Of a stretch of DNA of 60,000 nt, positions 27,109 through 40,700 are shown piece after piece. The notes beneath the pieces are model-generated. The model made no database searches. It had not been told where the DNA came from and saw only the letters and a program-made list of their open reading frames with translations. The DNA lies in the NCBI GenBank assembly GCA_965235115.1, contig OZ249436.1, forward strand, positions 15,998,001 through 16,058,000, written 5' to 3'. The stretch is from Laetmonice hystrix (Eukaryota). Both the position numbers and the translations under genes were made by a program. How positions within the stretch are numbered: position 1 is the stretch's first letter; each line of letters begins with the position of its first letter.

Positions 27109-30100
27109 ATGGCTACACTCTGCAAAGAACTCGTGTGTAGCACCTGTCAAAAGGAGGCGGCTCTGGTAACGCAGCTTATGCTGTCACGGTCTAACATTCA
27201 GACCATTAGCGATTTAAGGTACACAAAATTAGGGTTAACTTCATTTATAACTTATGTTATGACGACGAAGCCTCTGGCTATAGTTTGTGAACACGGCACA
27301 TGTGCAGCATATTGTGAGCGATAATAGAAGAAGATGGCGAAGACAGGCACAGATGCATTCTCCATTCTCCGATGTTTCTCCTGGCGTACCGTCATCCTGC
27401 CGTCCACCATCACTAGGGCACTGATTCGCTTTGGTTATGGCCAAACTTGCACCGCCTTTGCCCCCAAAATTGGATCAGATTGACCGATTTACAGGATCGG
27501 CCGACAAAGTCGCCGATAAAAGTCTGACATGGTCACACTCTTGGCGTCGCCGATTTTATTTGCCGACGCCAATTAAAGAGTCGGGCTGCCGGGTGTCTCA
27601 CACTGACCAATTTTACCCCAAATATGGCCGATTTTTACATTTTATTTTTAGATTTATCGCCCGACTCATAAGTCGGCCGATAAAATCAGTCCATGTGAGG
27701 CTGGCTTTAGACGACTACAACACAGTCAACATCCAAATCAGCCTGCATGCAGATGGGTTCAGGCGGCAACCCAGTGCCGTTAGGATGCAGGTGCCGGGTA
27801 ATAGCACTGCGCATTGACCTGGGTGTTAGGGTGCTAGTTGTTCAATGAAGGGCAAATTGACGAGGGAGCGAGTTTGTATTAGGTGTGATCAAGTTGTCTC
27901 GAAACTGGTATTGGTAGATTTAAACCGCCTAAGTTAGTGGCCTAACCCAGTGTTTTCAATAGGTTGTGCCATACGCTTTAGGCAATGGTTAATTTGCCAG
28001 CATCTTTATGGGTCACTGGGCTTCCTCATGCCAATAATCTTCTTTAGCCACCGTGGCTAAATGGGTAACCAAATCCTGTAGCCACATCAGAATTTCTTTA
28101 GCCACATCTCCCGACCGAAATATTAATAAATTAATAAAGACAAGGCAACTGATACGTGAAATAAACACTTTTTCATACAACATGGAACATTTTGTGTGAA
28201 GGTTTAGTGCTCTGATGGCAATAATTTTCTTGCCTTTCTGGGAATTTTTATATTCGCCAGTGTGGCGAAAATATGGTATTTTTTGCAATATTTTCTTTCA
28301 CCATTTTGCTCTGTTTTTCGCCAGTGCAAACATGGCGAACGGCTAGTGGAAGCCCAGGGTCATATGACTGCAATACTGGATTTCTATTGGATGACGTCTT
28401 CTGGCAAATTCGCAGATTATTAGTGCGTAATAACAACCAATATGAGACTAAACTAACCCTAACCCTAGGCCTAACCTAAACCCTCACCCAAACACATTGT
28501 TTCCCATTGCTAATTAGTCAAGAAGGGGGGTTAAAACCCCTCACCCTGTGTTTTCAGTAGTTTCACAGCTGGTGTCACAGTCACAAGCTGTACCTTCTGC
28601 TGTACTGCTCTTTGTGGCTTGGGGGTGATTGATATTCCAGGGAACAAAACAGGTCCTCGCTACTCGCAAAATGCGAGTATGCAAGTACTGCCCCATTTTC
28701 CGTTTTGACCCCTGTATTCTATTCAATTTTGAAATGATCAGTGAGACTGGCTGGGTTTTTCAAATGTACCACCAAGGCTGGCAGAACAGGAGATTATTGT
28801 GGATTGCAATAATAGACAGTTGACTGGGCTAATTAAATGTTGAAATATTCAACTTTTTTTTCTTGGTAGATAATACAAACAATAACCAAATTGTGAAGTA
28901 CTTTACAATTGCTTACACCTGCAGTTGTTTACAATTGTCAGTTGTTCACATAAAAATGTTGTGTTGTATGTTTCAGCACCTGCAGCAAACTTGAGAAGAT
29001 TGACTTGTCCAGCAATATAATTGAAAATGCTGATGGTCTAAGTTAGTATACCCTTCAAAGTTCAATTTCTAGTTGAATTAAGTTCTATGCCACTCTTTTT
29101 GCTTGACTTTATAGTAAAAAAAACCTGTATTACATGTTCTGTTTCTGCTCCCTTTCAGGACAGTGTTGCAGTCTTCGTTCGTTGAATGTCTCTAATAACA
29201 AATTAGAGTCAATCAGTTTTGTCATCAAGATGAGAGAATTAAGAGGTGATGTAAGAATACAAAAAACCTTATCGGCACAGTGATTGTGTTCTTATCGTAA
29301 TACTATTATATTGAACTTTAGTATTGGACAAGCATTGCACTAGATCTATGTTACAAGGTCTTGCTGTTGTATATAATCATTTATTTGTCTTGAATGTGAA
29401 CCTAGATATAATGTGGTCTAAGTGGATGCTCCCATATCAACATGGGGACACATTAGGGCAATATCTGAATAAGCATTTTTTTATTTCAGTTCTTACGGCT
29501 AGCAACAATGAAATCAAAGATGTTTCCCCAATGGCAAAGCTAAAAAGTAGGTTATTTCCGAATCATGTTCTGTTCTGAATAATAAAGTAATCTTTTAATT
29601 ACTTTGAAAAATGTAGGGTCATGTTTCAACTAAATTCTGGCATCAGACTACCTGTACAAGATTTTCAAATCCCTAAATAGTCTTCCTTACTGCATTGTGG
29701 TGGCACTATTGCCATCAGTACTGGACAAAGACATGATGCTAACATTCATTTAGGCCTTGCAACAGGTGGCTGTGCTGTCTTGTAATAGTCACTAATGGGA
29801 GAAACACCTTCTACTGAGTGACGTCTTAATAAAAGTCACAAATGTACTATAATCAATCATCCCGTCATTCAGATGGAACCTACATCTTGCACTTATGGTG
29901 CTCTTTTAAAAGTTCCTCACTAAATTGAAATGCTCAAACTGTTTATTTTTCAGAGTTGAAGGCATTGATTCTCAACAATAACAAGATAAGGGATCCCATT
30001 CCTATACAGAACTTGAGTTCTCTCAACACTTTGGGTATGTGTCAATAACTGATCATAGAAAACCATAATTATCTTAGTCTAAAGCTACATTTCTGCAGTT

Positions 30101-33100
30101 TAACCCTATGCCGGCGACGTTTGTTACGTCACAGTCGTCACAGAAGCTGACCCAGTTTTGCGCACCACCCCACGTGGGAGAGCCATTTTGGATTTTCGTC
30201 TCGAAAAACGTGATTTTCGGACACATAATGTCTAAAAGACAATAGCAATCAACATAATATGTAAGGGGGAGGCGTTAGTACAGCTACTCGACAATTGTAG
30301 TTGGGTGATTGACAGTCTTTGCTATCAATTGGCCGGATTTACGTGGAGTGGTCGGAGTAGACAAAAAAGTGCCTCAAGGCATCGTCCGCCCTGGGGCGGT
30401 AATGCCTCAAGGCATCGTCCGCCCATGGCACGGTAATGCCTCAAGGCATCGTCCGCCCTGAAAGGGTTAAGCTTCTGTCCTGGCCTAGATATTACAGTGG
30501 TGGGGGCATTAATTAAATCTCTACTGTGATCAGTTTATCTGTCTATCTGATTGCATCTATTCTAATCTCTTTTTAGAAGTCAGAAAGACATTTGAGACTG
30601 AAGTACCATATATCATATTTTGGATATCAAACACTACAGTTTATTTATCCATCTGTTCAATTGCATGTCTTTCTCATTCCAGTTTTGAGCCACAATTCAA
30701 TCAAGGAAATTGATGTGCGTGCACTTGGAGGCCTGACCAAACTCCAGCTTTCTCACAATTGCATAGAGTCTTTTCCAAATATCAAGGTGACCTTAGTTTA
30801 CTGTAATTATACAAGGAGGCTGCTTAACTTCATCAGTCAGTATTTCAAAATGCATGAAGTCTTAGGATGGGTTTCTGGGGTGTAGGGTGAAGGGTGGTTT
30901 TGACATTAGAAGCAAGTTAATCAGAGTATCCCTGCTTTACTTTAAATTGATTTAGGCATTATGCTGAGAGTGCTGGATTGTCAACTTGTACCCCAGTATT
31001 TAATGTAGGAATTGCATTTTCGTTCCATTTTTATTAATGTAACATTTTCTTGTGTCCAGTGGTGCCTGTATTTAACATGACGTCTTTCCTTTCCCTCATG
31101 TTTTAAGCATGAAACAAAAAACTATAAAAACAATATTTTATAAAATTATGGAAAGCAAAGATTTTGACAGATTAGTGCACAGGTATGTACAGAAACAAGT
31201 TATATGATATTTCCACCACTAATGAACTATCAGGGCTTTAATTACAGAATTCTCAAGCAAAAAATTGAATGGCTATTTCAGTTTAATCCTGATCTGAAGA
31301 GCTTGTCATTGAATGATAATAGGATCAAAAATGTACCAGAAGATTGTCTGGGAGAAAATAGGTACAGTACAGTATTTTAATGCTTATTTATTAATGCAGT
31401 CATTTATTTCGCTTGGTTCCTTGCATCCTATTAAGAGATTCTGATTATTTTAAGTGAATGGATTTATATTAACATCCTTGCATAGCTGTACATTTTGGAT
31501 AATTGTTATATATATAAAAAGGGGTCAATCTATTACCAACATAAAAAAACAGTAACATAGTTTTGGTAGAACCCAGAAAGCATTTAATAGAAAAATATTT
31601 GTAAATTGTGAAGTAATTTTCATTTTATAATTTGCTCTCTTTTTTTCCTTTCATAGATTGGAGATGCTAGAACTGGGTAAAAATGAAATAAAGAAAGTCA
31701 AGTAAGTCATTAGTATTAACTTCAAAACTAGGATTTTTGAGTGCTGTAAAGATACCACAAAAGGCACTCTCATTTTAACAACTGAGCAGGTAGGAGTAAG
31801 ACTGGTAGCAGGATTTAGCTTTGTGGTACTTTTTCGTGTCAATAAAATGTTAGAACCACAATTATATGTTTGTCTTACTATTTTACAACACTGCAGTATG
31901 TGGCCCTCCTGGGAAAATTTGTCACTGACAAAATTCAAGGCATGCTATATTTTTTTTTCAGGAATATCACTTCTCTTGGAAACTTGAAGTCTCTCAAACA
32001 GTTGAATCTTCAAGGAAACGCGATTTGTAGTATTGAGGACAATCTGAAAAAGGTAAAGCCAGCGCTCATGTAATAAAAGACATAATGTTGATTTATATTA
32101 TTTGTGTGTAAGTTTCACAATGTAGATCTTTCAAAACAATTGCATGAATTTATCCGTTTCAGAATTTCAATAAATCTGGTACAATAGGTTTTTATTTGCT
32201 TTAAAACATCTATTTCAGTGCGTCAATTGTAATTTTAGTCGGTACTTTTTCAGATACGTGCTATGGTACCAACCCTGAAGACATTAAACTCCAAGAAAGT
32301 GGAAAAGTTGTTTGAAAGAAAGGTACCAGTATTTATGTATCACAGCTCGTAACTTCATGTTTCACGGTGGTTTAGGTATTTTTTACTGTTGTTTTGGTAT
32401 TGACTAAAAAAAGTCTATTTTAGGATGGTTCTAGAATGTCTGAAAGATATAGATATCTAAAGTGTTCTTCTTTTAGGTAAAATCAGAGGAAGAAGTGAGT
32501 GAATATAGTGATGTAGCAGCTGAAGATGGTACTAAGAAAAGAAAACGTGAAGAAAAAGATTGTATGCAAGCGACCAAAATGAAGATATATCGAAAAGGTG
32601 ACCAAGAAAAATATTAAAGTTTATACCACTCCTGGCCGTGCACTCCCTAGAGAACGATGGATTAACAGTAACACTGTGCTGTTGGTCCTGAGACGACACA
32701 ATTACTAACAATTATAGACCATCAGAATTAGACTGATATTAACCACTTAGGTGATGCCTTTCATAACGTGCTCGTAATGCACTGCCACTGGTAAACACAG
32801 TCGTATTGTAGAGCTTGTAAATCGGTAAACCTTTTTCTGATTTTTTAGGTATTATTTATGAAATTTATAAAATTGTGTCTAAGTCTAAGATATGGTATTG
32901 TCATGGTAGAAGTTTTTAAACCCTTAGCTAAAGAATGCATTCCTAGATGAATTTGTTTGCATTGAATACATGTTTGGCTGGAGGGGCCAACAACAATGCA
33001 GTGTTCTATTCCACTAGCTCTGTAAACGAATTATAAGATTATAAGAATCTTTTTTATACAAAGGTACAAAGGTGTATTTTGTGATTTCATGGAAGATTTT

Positions 33101-33488
33101 AAAAATGTGTAACTTACAGATTTTTCAAAATGACTTTTCAGGTAAAATTACTGAAGAAGCTGGAGAAAACACAGGAAAACTATCAAAGATTGATCAGACA
33201 TCTGAAAAACCAGAGAGCGAGGGTGCCAGTAGTATTGGACTAAAATCTCAGAGAAAGAGAAACAATAAAGAAGAAACAGAAACTGATGTAAGAAGTAAAG
33301 CAGCTCCAAGTGAACTTGTCAGAAACAAAGTCAAAGGTATTCCAGCTCTTCAAGACAAAACTTCAGGAGTCGTGGCCATTGAGGTGAAAAAGAGTAAAAA
33401 TCAAAAGAGAAAAAAATTTAAATCAACAGAGGATATATTTTCTGCATTCACCACAAGCGTTGGCAGTGGGTGTTCTTCATCGTGGTAA
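27109..33488 (+). CDS. SDS22-like leucine-rich repeat protein with LRRcap and K/E-rich C-terminal tail (12 exons)
   Basis: Exons (approximate starts) 27109, 28977, 29159, 29490, 29954, 30683, 31282, 31657, 31962, 32254, 32477 and 33142 splice in compatible phases. They give repeats such as LEKIDLSSNII, LRSLNVSNNKL, LKALILNNNKI, LNTLVLSHNSI, LTKLQLSHNCI, LKSLSLNDNRI and LKQLNLQGNAI, the cap IRAMVPTLKTLNSKKV, and the tail ...SGVVAIEVKKSK...SVGSGCSSSW*. Confidence 0.85.
27480..27708. mobile_element. Truncated Harbinger-like MITE fragment
   Basis: Repeated gccgataaaa / gccgatttt motifs ending in atgtgaggctggcttta; only one terminus evident. Confidence 0.4.
30104..30466. mobile_element. piggyBac-like MITE with internal 33-34-bp tandem repeat
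   Basis: TTAA|CCCT ... AGGG|TTAA ends; about 2.7 copies of tgcctcaaggcatcgtccgccc.. at 30370, 30403 and 30437. Confidence 0.8.
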
Positions 33489-34731
33489 CAAGGCAGAGGT
33501 GCAGCAGGACCTTTTACACCTTCCTTTCTTTACATGTAGAGAAGGTGTGTTCAGCCCCAATAACTGTACCAGGATATGCCATTCCATGGGAATATATCCC
33601 CTTCTCCGACTCTCCATTGTTTTTCGTGTCTTGTTGTGTAACACTGTCCTTGTGAAGATACGTGTGTTATGGATACACCTCGCGACAACTATTGGAACTA
33701 ATAGAGACACCCAGCGATAGAGCTAAGAGTACATCCGGAAGAGAAATGGAGGGAAAGTGCACATGGCGTGTTAGTTTTCTTTCTCAGTACTAACGGGAAT
33801 AATTCCGTAACAACGTGAATGTGGAGAAGAAGATATAGATCTGCAAACTTCCCCTTATCAGAATACGCAAAATAGAAAAGGTCGAGAATTTCCCCAATTA
33901 CTGATGTTAAGAAATGATGACACGCTCTGTCTCAAGGATCTGGTCAAGCCTATTCAGTTCTTGTGAATGTCCTATACGCACTAGACCAATCTTAAAAACT
34001 GGGAAAGGAGAACGGAAAGGAATTCCTCCCCTAAATTGAGAGAACCGAGAAGAACGCGATGTTAGATTGCAACACTGTTTATTTGCTGGTGGGCAACTCT
34101 GGCCTAATATTTGTCAATTACACCCACTAACTGTCCAGTACGTACCATTTAAGAGGGTACCTGCGCAAAGATTTCCCCACATTCGTGGAGCAGTACAGCT
34201 AGTACTAAAATTACGAATTTATTATACGACTCTATGATAGTGTAATCATGTTGATATTTTCTAGCATAAAAGGCTTCTTCAGTCAAATATTAACTTTCTT
34301 TTCTTTGTATATCAAGAAAATTAAAACACAATGTAAATATAACTTGCACCAATAATCGGTATATATGCAGACATATTCATTCTGTTTATGCACAACAATT
34401 CAACAACGCATAAATACAGCAGCCTTTGCAATATTAATCTTAAAACCTGACACTAAATACATGTATCGTTTTTGATGCAGCGAACTTGTTAACAATGGCT
34501 CAGGATTCAAAATAGCTCTTAAGTGTTATTCCTTAGAAACATTTTCTGAAGGATAGAACCAGATCAGAACTATGGGACAGTTCTAATCCATAAGGCTAAA
34601 CGTGGCACCTTTTAGATCTGGCAGATCCTTAAACTTGAGATACACCAACTCGATTCGTACATGTGGCTTTTCCGTGATATTGCATACGCACGTTAACTTT
34701 TTTAATTTTTGTCATTTATTGCCAGCCGTTA

Positions 34732-37700
34732 TCAGGCCTTTTCAGAATCCTCGTCTACAGCCAGTTTACTTAGGACACAAGAATCATTCATATTGGGATG
34801 TACCGTATCACATGTAGATATACTCGCAGAAAACAGGTCTGTGGTTTCATCGCCAGTCTGATCACCCAGTGACATTTCTGAAGTCGTAGAGCCCTGTAAA
34901 CACAGTACTGCTGTTAATATGTACATTGTACCGGTTATGTGTGAACATTCGTTAAAGCCTAAACAACCAACGCTGATACACATACATTGTACTGTGTATT
35001 TGTGAAGAATTCGCTTTAAAAGTACATGTACTTTTTAAAGGATTCTATAAGGATGGATTCTATACTGACTCGGGTCGTATCGTCAACATCAAACTTGGAG
35101 CCCTCGGGGAGACACACCTCGGGGAGAAACTCGCGATCGATATGTGCTATCTGCAGAGAACCGCGTCTTGGTGGAATCAGCCGGGGCGATTCGCAGGGAA
35201 CAGCTTCAAATGACCAAAATAAACGCGATTGTTTGTGTATTGATAATCTAGATACATGTATTTTAGAAATCTGATACTGTGGTACATGTAACATTACTTC
35301 CCGTTTATAAATTAAGTTAGCCAAAATCAACAGTCTAGCCGTTAAATTAGCAAAACATTTAAAGCGGTTTTGTCTCGAGAATTGGAAAAACTGTGACGTG
35401 CTTTTCACATGTTTTCGGAAGGGAAGAGGATCTAACACGGTTCCCACGGTCATGAAAAGTCATGGAAAATGAAATTTAGTTTTCCAGGCCAGGAAAAGTC
35501 AAGGGAATTAGAGAAACGAAGGAAGGTCCTGAAAAAGTCATGGTATTTCAGATTTCTGTTGAACTACATTTTTGCGTCTGTTAGACCTATATAAATTGTA
35601 AAGTTTCACGACGTACTAGGGGGCAACTCTGGAATTTTAATGTATTTTCCTAATTTTATTCATTGAATTTGAGAGTTTTGCTGGTCTGGTAAAGTCATGA
35701 AATTACAATATCGCCAACCTGTGGGAACCCTGTCTAAAGGCCTGTATTTCGGGCTGTGGTGGGTCCGCCCTCGATTAAAATCCCCACGAGATGGTTTAGG
35801 TTTAAGCATGGTTTAAGATATAAATCTTCATGTATACCACCATCGGGACACCCATCTGAAGACAATGAACCGCCCAGCTGGGGTGTATTGATCTCCTTTT
35901 CAGTTTCCGTCAGTTGAACAGCTGCCACTGGTGTACTCGTATTCTTCACCCCTTCCACGGGTTGGAAGAAACCTTGTGCGCTGGGAGAGTTGAGGGTGTG
36001 GTCAAAAGGCAGCGTGGCTTGGAGCCTCATGTATCTCTCTTTGCAGAGGCTCGAGTCGAGGATGTCGTCAAAGTAAAATTCTTCCATGTCGAACCGACCA
36101 TGCTGTTCAGAATTAGTGAATTTTTTTCAACTTTGATGGTGTCATGGTCATGGAGGGCCATAGATTATTCGACAAAGCTGGTGTTCAAATTACAGGCGGC
36201 CTTCACAAAGACCCGTATATAAGACGGGGGAACCAAGACGGGTACATACTGAGCCCGTATCCATAATGCTTTAAGACTTTTGCTACTTTGATAGCATATT
36301 GACAGAATCGAGATTCCTCACAGAACATCTGTTTTCTAAGCATTACTATATAGATATCTGCCCTCCTCTACATGTACGATGATACATGTAAGTATTGCAG
36401 TCGTATTAATGTCTTGAACGTCACCTTGGGAAGGACATTGTTACAGACCTCACAGACTATTTTAGGTTTTCTTTCTGCATCAGGCCTTTCTTCTCCAGCG
36501 TTATTGTTACTGTTTTCAGACACTAAAAACAACAGTGGCATCAATTAGAATGATTAGGGAGCCGACCAACGTTTGAACGAGAGCTAACAACTGTAACAAC
36601 TGCACTGTGTATGCACTCCATCAGACTAGTCTGCTAGTACAAATGTACCTTACTCTAGATTTCCATCCCGGCATTTCTGGAGATATTTTATTTGTCGATT
36701 GGGTATGAACCGCTCTAACAATTTACTCTGACGTCAAGATTTCAGTCCCTACCTTTATCACTAGGACTCTCACCAAGACTGCCCCGGAGACTGTCGATAA
36801 ATAAACAAACATAATGAAGTGCGACCCGGGGGGCTTGATAGCTAATCCAAGAGGGGGGGGGGGTGTAGAAAGGATCTGGGCTTTGGGACGATGGCCCTTA
36901 GTCATGTTAACACCCTTTACTCAGGAGATACATCCACCCACGTCTTTAAATATGAAAAAGTAAAGACAAGAACGAAAACTTGCGCGATATCTGGTGAGGT
37001 TGACGGCTTCTGCGTATTGAGGTCGATATAAACAGAAGAGGAATAAACTTTGGGTTCCACCTGAGGAAACGAGTGAATTATGTTAAATAATGCATGATAC
37101 CGTGCGTTGTAATGTGACCAGAGAACACAGAATTTTGAATCATACTAGAATGGGTAGACGGGTACACTGACTTCATGTGTCTGTTTGGACGTTATTTGGT
37201 GATTCGTACTATCTGTGACTGTGTTAGCAGGATCTTCCTGCAGTTGCCGATTCCTGCAGTATACTAGAACAGCTTGATGCTCCTTGTGCTGGAAATGTAA
37301 TAAAAGCCAGGTCAATGTCGCTGGAAGATATGAGATCTTGGAATTATTATGCATGCCACGAAATTTAACATATATTTTACATTTATAATTAATTTCGATT
37401 GACAACCGATCTGGATTGATTGGAAGTAACCTACCGCTTCCCACTGGTGGTGAAATTCTTCGATCAAGTGCTTGATGTTTCCTGTCCCGCCATACCATAA
37501 TGACCTTTGCTCCCGTGGACTGACCCTTTCTGGGCTGGTTCTCTCCTTGTGTCCTCCTGTGCTGGGTAGTAACTTCAGGTAGGTCTTGGATCTAGTGGAC
37601 GCCATAGATGCATTTAATAATTAGTTGCAGATATTTGAAGATGAAGTGATAATTAAATCTCTTGAGAATATTATAGTTCCTCGTCCTTTGTTAATTAAAA

Positions 37701-40700
37701 TATTGGGAGTGCACATTTTCGGAATTTCAATATATCCGTGCTATTGAGAGATAATAAGCAATAATTCAAGACTATGCATAGAGCAAAAATAAAGTCTTAA
37801 GAAAATGATATCCCTATACCTGTAAGTTGGAATTTCTGCAGTTGTTTTTTCAAAGTTTTCAGTCCGTCCTTTTTGTTGCGAATTAAAGCTGCGTGGAAGC
37901 GTACTAACACGAGGTTGAATAACATCCCCACTTCTGTTAGTCTTCATAGAAGCACAGGGGAAAAACACCTGGTGGAGGCTGCCTGTCTGAGAGGGCACCT
38001 CAGGTGTCAGTAAGGAAGACTGCCCAGCCTTTAGCTTAGAAGGACTGACGATATTGTCCATACTTTGACGATGGCTGGCCGGTTTGAACGTTCCTGGACT
38101 TGTACAGCCTGTTGCCTTCAAGTAATCATATATTCCTGTCCAGCTACTTTGCGATCCCACTCTATGGAAAAACCTGGTTGGTTTATTTGAAACAGAAGAA
38201 GGAATGTCACTTACTAGAAGGCCAGTACGGTGATGGATTGACACAGAATTAACACAGATTTTTTTGGCAGATCATGGTATACCATGAGAAAAATGCCCAA
38301 TTTAAAAAGTGCCCCATTGACGCAAGGTACAGTGTATCTGTTGTATGCCTACCTCTCGTGATTCATGTTTTCAGAAGACGTGAGAGACCTGTCAATCCCT
38401 TTCTCGACTTTCCCGGTCTCCATGCAACTATTTGTACCAAGCATTCGTTTTACCAGTCTGAGTGAACTTTGCCTCGTTGTGGACGTACAAGACCCTCTCC
38501 TAAGTGTACCATACACGAAACAATCTCTGTAAATACAATAACTGTATCCCATCAGGCATTATCACTAAAACTAATGGGATTATCATTTAAATTTTGGTCT
38601 AATACGTTTAAATTCTATACTTTAATGTTTGGCAACATTTCGGATTAAAGCTAGGCTACTTAGTTTTTTGGTGACAGATTATAATCTACACTTCTAAAAT
38701 AGGTTTACCTGTCGCGAGTTGAAGGGTTACTCAATTTGGAAGCATGATCTTTAACCCTGGCTGTACTTGGTGAAGTGTCATCATTTGTGAAAAGTGTGCC
38801 AGTTTGTAATTGAACTGCATTGAAGCTGTCGTCTAAAGCCCCCCGGCTTGGTTCACTTAGGTCTGCATCGGAAGTCAGTTTTCCAGACACATCTCTCTTA
38901 CAGTTTGTTTCTGTAAAGGCCGGTTTATAAGGCTGACGTAGCCGCTCCGCGTAGGTAGTAGCAATTTCGTGGATCTCTCTTTCATCGTCCTCTGTCCACT
39001 CCCGGTTAAATGGGTTGTTTTTGCTGGGCGGAGATCGAGATGGAAGCGGAGGAGGGACGTCCATATCACTGTCCTGAGCTGGAGTGCACTGAAGGTCCTC
39101 TCGGGAGGTTGGTCTGTATATATAAAAGAAATTGCTAGTGCTATACCTCCATATTTCCTACATGTCCGTATCATCTTCCTGGAGGACATAAGGCAACCAC
39201 TTTGCCATGAAATGGCTTTTCTTGGTTTCACGTGATACGATACATATGCTCGCAAAACGGAAAGTTTTCATTCTTGCTATACCATATATACATTGTACTA
39301 CATTCACTGTATTACCAGTTGGTATATTTACACGTTATTATGACTTTGGACCGGCAGTGGGCTTTGTTCACCATCTGACAGATTGACTTCACTTGGTGGA
39401 CTTTCACTCCGAGATGCCTTCAGTGTATCATCACATAGGGAGTTTTCCGTTGGAGTGGGGTCTGCCAAATCCTTTCCTGATGGGTTGGAACCCTGGAACG
39501 CAGATCATAGTGAATTCATGACATTTATGGACAAAACAAATGTTTTGTATTTTGAATAAAAACTCCTAGTACCTTTAGGACTTCTACAAGAACATCACGC
39601 AGCTGACGAACGGATAGACGACTCCGGGTTGCCTCATCTATATGCAATCCAATTGACAGGACTAAATCCATTGGGTTAACGACTTTAGCAGAGTCTATAT
39701 GTAATGAATAGCCGCACTCCAGCATCTCTCCCATGATGTCACGTGCTTCAAGGCCATTCCAGGGAGGATTTCCTGTCAAAGAATATTGAAACCTTATTAC
39801 AAAATGTGCCTGGTGATTTACCAGATCAAAAGGTACGGGTATATAATTTGTTTGTCGATTAGCTTCAAATGTATTGTTAGCTAAGCAAACGCTTTTCGTA
39901 AGTTCATTCACCATAAGCCATTATGATATGAACTCAAGGATTAGCACACATACGATTGAAGATTTCCCAAAGGACTGCACATATACTGTAGACATCCGAA
40001 GTTTCAGACGGTGGGTCGCCTGCCATGAGCTCGGGCGACATCCAGTTGTATGCAGCGTTCACGCACTTGTTATTTCCAACGTCTGTCCTTGGTGAGGTGC
40101 CATCACGAGAAACTCTGCAAGAGCATTGCACTGTTTGTCAACAACATATTGCATTTTGCTTTTTCAAACGTTTCTTGAAGAGGCTACTTACTTTAGCTCC
40201 GTTTGATACGAGACATGCACCCTTTTCGTTGGCCTATTATACTAGATACAGACAGGTCCGTAGGACTTCCAAAGGGGTATGAATTTGGGGAAAAGGACTT
40301 TTGTTTATTTTTAAAAAGTATGATTGACTGTGTATTGCGTCAAGGGGCGGAGCCAAGACTTTCCGTCAGGGGGTAAACTTTCCCAAGAGGGTACTTCTGT
40401 TCTTGCAAACTCCTGACACAGATGCGTTACCTTTCAGTCATATATTCAAAATTCCCCAGTTTGGCGACACGAGATGTGATTAGTTGTACAGCATGGGATG
40501 TGATGTAGCAATGAAGGAGATTCTGTTGATGGAGATACGCCACGGCCTCGCAAATATCATGCATGATCTGAAGCCCTGACACCTTGTCAACAATTGCCCC
40601 CTTTGGAGAAAATTTGAAAGATTATATGTAACAATAATCAAATGCCTATTGGTTCTAGTATTTTGGTCATATTCATGGTAAGCTACCCTTACCACCCCCT

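Noticed and set aside
27241..27444. Minus-strand ORF as an alternative PMS2 first exon
   Set aside because: Non-ATG start, no good donor, and it lies in LRR intron 1; 26942-26991 fits phase and splice signals.
36103..36425. Apparent frameshift at an A7 run upstream of the [11 protein letters not shown] in TEX14
   Set aside because: Resolved as an intron: CCCAAG|gtgacg donor and ctaat..tctgaacag| acceptor join in phase 0.
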